Shown here piece by piece: positions 6,936 to 11,680 of a stretch of 11,680 bases of DNA. The stretch is taken from assembly GCA_050293845.1 (NCBI GenBank), contig JBNKNM010000182.1:1-11680 (forward strand). The letters are read 5' to 3'. Made by a program: the position numbers and the translations under genes. The stretch is from Pseudobacteriovorax sp. Its GTDB lineage: Bacteria; Bdellovibrionota_B; Oligoflexia; Oligoflexales; Oligoflexaceae. Each line of letters opens with the position of its first letter. The stretch's first letter is position 1. The notes beneath the pieces were generated by a model. It was given only the letters and a program-made list of their open reading frames with translations, had not been told where the DNA came from and ran no database searches.

Positions 6936-6974
6936 CTAGAAGATGCTTTAATTGCAGTCGAGAGAGGATGCCAC
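6936..6974 (+). repeat. Second, eroded copy of the IS200/IS605 right end
   Basis: CTAGAAGATGCTTT-AATTGCAGTCGAGAGAGGATGCCAC aligns to 4983-5022 (CTACAGGATGCTTTCGACTTCAGCCGAGAGAGGAAGTCAC) at 31 of 40 positions by manual alignment, in the same orientation. Confidence 0.7.
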
Positions 6975-7186
6975 ATCACCTCAGTAAGACTACCATAATT
7001 GGTAGAATCGATGATCATACCAACAGAAGACGAATTGAATTGTAGTTCTTCGTAGCATTGATTGAAATAAGAGAAAATGCTTTTTCATCTATGAAATAGT
7101 TAAGTAGCCTTTGTATCTAATTTTAGTAGCTTGCTTGTGCTATCTATGGGTTGTTGAGAACATATCTACGATAAGGAGGATTTCAC

Positions 7187-8464
7187 ATGTATAGAGCTAG
7201 GTATAGTTTGTTTAAAAACATGTGCGTATTGTTATTTTTCTCAAATGCTTTGTTGATATCAAGTTCAGATGTAAATGGCTTTGTAAAGAATGGTGAAGGT
7301 GCAGTTCAAGGAAGGCTTCCCATTATACCAGTTAATGAGAGTGATCCGATTATAGCTGATCTTGACCAAAACCGAAACTTCAATGGTGAAGATGATCTAG
7401 AATTACAGGATTTTCTTCGGACTTTCCCTGGAGTTGAACAATGGGAACCGATTGTCGGTAAGGATGGTTTTCAACGTGCCCTGAATCGTCTGGAGAAAAA
7501 CGGGGTTGATACTCAAGACAAAGGCTTTTCCTGGGTTGGGATGGTCACAGGAACTGGGCATTACCTACTACGTATAAATAATAGTGAAATGATGCTGATA
7601 AAAAACCCAGAAGAAATGATAGCGCCACCAGGGCCAAACTTGGATGAATTTACTTGGGAACAGATTGATAATCAGATAGGTACATCGGGGCTCAGTAATG
7701 GCTCCGATAGCAGGGTGCGTAGAACAGGAAATTCAATTCCGCCAAGGTTAGGGATGGTGAGAAGCTCTGTGGGAGGCTGTAGTGGAGCACTCATTGGTCG
7801 ACGCCTGGTTCGTACGGCAGCTCACTGTGTCATCCGACATACGAGTGGCGGTGGCTCGGTATCAAGCTCTGTGAGTTTTGATTTTCGACGTGATGGCAAC
7901 ACAGCTGCTGTGACCACATCGACAAGAACTTTCTTTTATGGGGGTAACTATATTCCCAGTGGTTGCGCCACTAGAACTTCAGGCGACGCATCTTCGGGCT
8001 ACAGAAATAATTTCAATGCCTGTACTTGGGCGGACTGGGCGATACTTGTTTTGGGAAATTCCTGGAATGGTAATGTCTTTCATAGCTGGTTTGGCTATCA
8101 AGGATTGGTATCGAGTAACCTTGGAATGGAGCTTCGATCTTCTGGCTATCCTGGCTGCGGTCAACCGCATTCGCCTAAAAATTGTGTTAATGGTGGATAT
8201 TATAGGGATATAAGTGCTGGATGCAAGGTGGCGGCATGGACTAGTGGTAACTCTAAATGGCGTACTGGTTGCGACATTAGTCCAGGGAACTCAGGTGGTC
8301 CCGTCTGGCGAGAGGGCTCATGGATGCTGATAGGTCACGCGCAATGGGAAGAATGTGGAAAATGCCCCTCGGGCACCCCAAACCGCTCGGCTCCCAATCA
8401 TTATCTTGGCCACGATGATTGGTTGTTTAATTATCAGAATGATTTAAGAACCCAGTATCCTTAG
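7187..8464 (+). CDS. Secreted trypsin-fold (S1, V8-like subfamily architecture) serine protease with propeptide
   Basis: Catalytic triad motifs CSGALIG...TAAHC, DWAIL and CDISPGNSGGPV. Has an N-terminal signal peptide and an acidic pro-region. SD AAGGGAGGA lies upstream. Confidence 0.92.
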   Translation: MYRARYSLFKNMCVLLFFSNALLISSSDVNGFVKNGEGAVQGRLPIIPVNESDPIIADLDQNRNFNGEDDLELQDFLRTFPGVEQWEPIVGKDGFQRALNRLEKNGVDTQDKGFSWVGMVTGTGHYLLRINNSEMMLIKNPEEMIAPPGPNLDEFTWEQIDNQIGTSGLSNGSDSRVRRTGNSIPPRLGMVRSSVGGCSGALIGRRLVRTAAHCVIRHTSGGGSVSSSVSFDFRRDGNTAAVTTSTRTFFYGGNYIPSGCATRTSGDASSGYRNNFNACTWADWAILVLGNSWNGNVFHSWFGYQGLVSSNLGMELRSSGYPGCGQPHSPKNCVNGGYYRDISAGCKVAAWTSGNSKWRTGCDISPGNSGGPVWREGSWMLIGHAQWEECGKCPSGTPNRSAPNHYLGHDDWLFNYQNDLRTQYP

Positions 8465-9058
8465 GGTCGTGTTATGCAGCATATAAAATGGACTATGTGC
8501 TAAATACGAGACTCCTCGCTTCGCTCAATATGAAAGTGTCTTTGACACCTAATTCTAGTTTAAGCGATGCCAAGGGTCTCACAACAAATCCAAGAGAGAT
8601 AACGATCCCAAAAGCTAATTACACTCCCATTCATGCTTTAAGAATGGCATTCTTCCTCGTCACCCATGGAAAAGTAGACTAGTTGTTACGATTAACAATA
8701 GATGCTAGCGAGACTTACAACCGTGGGTCTGGTAAAAAGACCAAGAATTTGCAGGTAGCAGTCGTAAAGAACTTATGTCACAGCCTAAATTAATGGTGCT
8801 TCCTAGCTGCTTCGTACATTGTGAGTATCCTTGTCAAAATGTAACTTAATATATATTTTGTTTAACCGATAGTGTAAATGTGTTTATGCATTAGAGTTAG
8901 ATGATGTATATCACTTTGGAGGTAAAGAGCCACACATCGATCTGAATACATCTCTATAATTAGGTAGTTACTAGTTTTGATCACTCACCAAGGATCTTTA
9001 GCTTCACCATATAAATTGTACATTTGGTAATTTTCGCTTTTTTTACACAGGGGGCTTT

Positions 9059-9760
9059 ATGAAAACACTACTTTATTTGGTATGGATCATAGTTGTAGCA
9101 TGCGGGAGTGAGGATGAAACTAATCCCACACCTCAATTTCAAGATGTGGTAGCCGATGACAGCACCGATTCAAAAGCAGTTGCTAAGGAGCAGAGTGAGG
9201 ATCAAAACGCTGAGTCACAGGAAGCTGAAGATCAAGTTTCTCAGCCAGATTCTACTAATGATACAAATGATACAAATGTTGAATTGGGAAATAATGTTTT
9301 TAAAGCTGAAATCGTCGCTGAAGACTGCGAGCTTGATCTAGTTTTTGATAAGAGTAACGGTTCATTTAAAGATGTTGTACTAGATGTTGATGCTGTAAGT
9401 TCTGTATCTGCTTACAAATGTAAGGTCATTTGGTCTCCAACTGTGCCCGAAAACATGCGCTTAGTATCCGCCGAACTAAAGTTGCAAGGCAAATGGGATA
9501 ATACTGATGGGACAGCTGACATTCATATTGGTCATAAGCTCTTAGGCTTAGGTGATGCTCCTCTGCTTAAAGCTTTTGAACCGAGTGATGGAGATTTTGA
9601 AATTGCTTTTAAAGTGCAAAATTTAAATAATCAGGTCTGTGGAGTGGAAAGCAAGTTGATTACTACAGTTAATGTTCTGGTGCAGGCCGGTACTGATCCT
9701 GCAAAGCTTGCATTAAACAAACTCACTTTGAGTGAAGGTAAATTTGAGGTTTGTCCCTAG
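9059..9760 (+). CDS. Lipoprotein with an acidic disordered tether and a 4-Cys beta-rich domain, possibly DUF4360-like
   Basis: Lipobox VVA-C15, SD AGGGGG and a D/E/S/T/Q-rich linker (including TND-TND-TN). The Cys pattern C...CKVIWSPTVP...ELKLQG...CG...C-terminal C resembles DUF4360; the family call is less certain than the CDS. Confidence 0.8.
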   Translation: MKTLLYLVWIIVVACGSEDETNPTPQFQDVVADDSTDSKAVAKEQSEDQNAESQEAEDQVSQPDSTNDTNDTNVELGNNVFKAEIVAEDCELDLVFDKSNGSFKDVVLDVDAVSSVSAYKCKVIWSPTVPENMRLVSAELKLQGKWDNTDGTADIHIGHKLLGLGDAPLLKAFEPSDGDFEIAFKVQNLNNQVCGVESKLITTVNVLVQAGTDPAKLALNKLTLSEGKFEVCP

Positions 9761-9928
9761 AGAAAAAAGTTTTAGATGAAATGTATAGTAGGTATGCAAA
9801 AGAAACCTTGGATAAGTTCCGATCTTCTTTGCAGATTTTGCTGACTCTTCGTTTCTAATAAAATAAATGTCCTCATAAAGAAATAGAAAATTTTAGCTTT
9901 CCTACAGAGCACTTCATCGAAACCAAGA

Positions 9929-9962
9929 TGTATGCTATTCTATGCAGATAGAATAGCATACA
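9929..9962. repeat. Perfect 15-bp inverted repeat with a 4-nt loop
   Basis: TGTATGCTATTCTAT-GCAG-ATAGAATAGCATACA, ending 15 nt before the ATG at 9978. Confidence 0.85.
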
Positions 9963-9977
9963 AATGGGTAATAGATA

Positions 9978-10763
9978 ATGGATACAAGAGAGTTCCTTGA
10001 CCGCCGTAATTTCGTGCAACAGCCAAGTATGGCCGATTTGATTGCGAACTTGGCTACCTTAAAATATCTAGTTTTAAACCAAAATGACTTAAGTGAAATT
10101 TCAAACTTTAGCCTAGTCTTCCATGATGCTAAAAAAAATAAATTACTCACAACAGCAACCATATTAATTCTGCTAAGAGCTTATTTTTCAGCTGACAAGA
10201 GACTTTTAGACTTTAATTTTTTTAACAAACATTATTCTAAGCATATTTCAGATTATCTCCATCAAGTTTACTACCAAAAATTATATCATGATGAGCCAGA
10301 AATCACTTCTATAACCAAGCAATCACCTTTGGAAGTAAAGGTGAAGTGGGATGCGGATTTGATTAAAATAGGACTCGTAGGATCGCTATGTTACGCGGCA
10401 ATGAACGATAGTATCCGCTTGATTCAAAGAAGCTTGTCTACTGATAAAGATCTCACAAACTCAGACCTTGATTTTAAAGTAAAATCTAAAAAACTTCAGC
10501 TAGAGTCTGATTTAGAACAATTAAAGAACAATATTGCCATTAAGGATGAAAGCTTGGCTTTAAATCAAATCAAGCTCCATATTGCTCAAAATATCGACAT
10601 GGAATATTTGCTGAGCCCGAGCTTTAGAAAAGAAGATTTCGTCAAGTTTGCAGATATTTCCCAGGATATGATGGACAGTTTTCAGCAGCGTTTTTGCGAC
10701 ATTCATAGATATTTTTCTTCTCACAACAGCCCTTTGCCACTAAGGCGGCTGAATTTATTATGA
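9978..10763 (+). CDS. Hypothetical cytoplasmic, probably alpha-helical protein
   Basis: 261-codon ORF in AT-rich DNA with no signal peptide and no motif I recognise; a short coiled-coil-like stretch (KKLQLESDLEQLKNNI). Confidence 0.75.
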   Translation: MDTREFLDRRNFVQQPSMADLIANLATLKYLVLNQNDLSEISNFSLVFHDAKKNKLLTTATILILLRAYFSADKRLLDFNFFNKHYSKHISDYLHQVYYQKLYHDEPEITSITKQSPLEVKVKWDADLIKIGLVGSLCYAAMNDSIRLIQRSLSTDKDLTNSDLDFKVKSKKLQLESDLEQLKNNIAIKDESLALNQIKLHIAQNIDMEYLLSPSFRKEDFVKFADISQDMMDSFQQRFCDIHRYFSSHNSPLPLRRLNLL

Positions 10764-10785
10764 AGGAGTCAGTTTCCTGACTCCT
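10764..10785 (+). terminator. Stem-loop immediately after the stop codon, possible terminator
   Basis: AGGAGTCAG-TTTC-CTGACTCCT, a perfect 9-bp stem, but with no clear U-tract. Confidence 0.4.
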
Positions 10786-11115
10786 CTACTATAGAAAGTA
10801 AGCAATTTATTGCTATGAATTTTCAAACTCACGGTATACTTTTGTACTACCTAGATAAAGTAGCATTTCCTTGGACAGTGCCTGGTTTCTATTCACAGCT
10901 GTCGACTCTATGGGCAGAGGCTAACGGCCTAAAATTATTAAATCTAATTATTGATTATGGCAAAGCAGTTTAAATAGAGCGGTCGCTTGCGAATTTTTCC
11001 AAAAAAATCCTTTAAACTACAGACTATTACAATCCATTGTCATTTCAAAAAATGGCATGTATTTTGCGAATATATAGGTGCATGACTACATAACTAAATA
11101 TATAAAGGGTAAGGC

Positions 11116-11680
11116 ATGGGACGCTTATACAGATGTTTGATTTTAATTTTTTTCGGATTTGGCCTTTTGGCTTGTGGTGAAAGTAAGCAAAATGATGGTG
11201 GGGAAACAGCTGCGGCACCGGAAGAAAATACTGAAACTGCAGATGATAAAGCAGCCGTTGAAGAGCAAGACCCATTTCAACCCTTGTTCGATAGTTTTGC
11301 CAGCGAACTAACCAGCTTTTCAGAGGCTTGCAAGGCTGAAACGAGCATTCAAGCGCCAGATTTCAATTTTTATTCTGGGTTTATCGATGCAGCTTCCACT
11401 AGAGTTTTCTCTAATCTCGCAGGAGTCGTACTAACATGTAACACCGATCAAGCAGCCCTCGTCGCGGCGCAGGATGCCATTATAGTGGAACTAAATAATA
11501 TTACTAGTTCTATTGAGCAGCAGGAAAAACTCAATGAAGTTATGACATTTTTTGCTGATCAATTTGCTCAAACAGGGTTGCAGGCACACTTTGAATCAGC
11601 TGTGACCTCTACTACCGTATCTTTCGGAGAAGGGCTAACAAAAAAGGAAGACTTCCTGTTTAACGAAGGGATAGTCTTTC
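11116..11680 (+). CDS. Lipoprotein, N-terminal part; runs off the window's right edge
   Basis: Manual translation MGRLYRCLILIFFGFGLLA-CGESKQNDGGETAAAPEENTETADDKAAVEEQDPF... stays open for 188 codons to the window end. Has a lipobox LLAC, an acidic tether and a purine-rich SD-like stretch upstream. Confidence 0.88.
   Translation, partial: MGRLYRCLILIFFGFGLLACGESKQNDGGETAAAPEENTETADDKAAVEEQDPFQPLFDSFASELTSFSEACKAETSIQAPDFNFYSGFIDAASTRVFSNLAGVVLTCNTDQAALVAAQDAIIVELNNITSSIEQQEKLNEVMTFFADQFAQTGLQAHFESAVTSTTVSFGEGLTKKEDFLFNEGIVF

Noticed and set aside
7938..8213. Alternative-frame ORFs 7938-8213 (+) and 7979-8170 (-)
   Set aside because: Nested within the protease catalytic domain; no SD or motif.
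8488..8682. 64-aa + strand ORF after the protease
   Set aside because: No clear SD, no recognisable motif, and it runs across the REP-like sequence. It cannot be supported as a gene, though it is not excluded.
9252..9280. Short tandem repeat (AATGATACA-like units)
   Set aside because: Only two to three imperfect 9-nt units encoding TND in a disordered linker; not a CRISPR array or a phase-variation tract.
9156..9341. 61-aa alternative-frame ORF
   Set aside because: Nested in the lipoprotein's low-complexity linker.
9935..10162. 75-aa - strand ORF
   Set aside because: Antisense to the 261-aa ORF.
10761..10785. TGA plus hairpin as a selenocysteine (SECIS) signal
   Set aside because: The loop is only 9 nt from the UGA and has no G (TTTC), unlike the bacterial SECIS consensus, and the context does not resemble a redox Cys/Sec motif.
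11045..11275. 76-aa - strand ORF
   Set aside because: Antisense shadow of the lipoprotein starting at 11116.

Overview
An accessory-looking bacterial region; the DUF4423/TIGR02147-like gene and the orphan lipoproteins suggest Oligoflexia/Bdellovibrionota, which is inference. From left to right: (1) the 5' part of an IS1634-family transposase (- strand, <1..384, missing from the ORF track) with a probable terminal inverted repeat ending near 481; (2) a - strand operon of an unannotated 51-aa membrane peptide, cytochrome b, SHP-type monoheme cytochrome c (DUF1924), diheme cytochrome c (DHC), a QseB/PmrA-like response regulator and a QseC-like kinase, preceded by a PmrA/QseB-type direct repeat and a 16-bp palindrome; (3) a decayed 3' half of an IS200/IS605 tnpB with its right-end hairpin, whose terminal TCAC supplies the stop codon of (4) a 601-aa protein with an unusual N-terminal domain and two tandem DUF4423-like units; (5) a second, eroded copy of the same right end upstream of that gene, so the gene lies between two directly oriented right ends; (6) a secreted Cys-rich trypsin-fold protease, a DUF4360-like lipoprotein, a 261-aa hypothetical protein preceded by a perfect 15-bp inverted repeat, and the start of a second lipoprotein (also missing from the ORF track). 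No rRNA, tRNA or CRISPR array was seen. All family assignments come from motif recognition by eye, not database searches.
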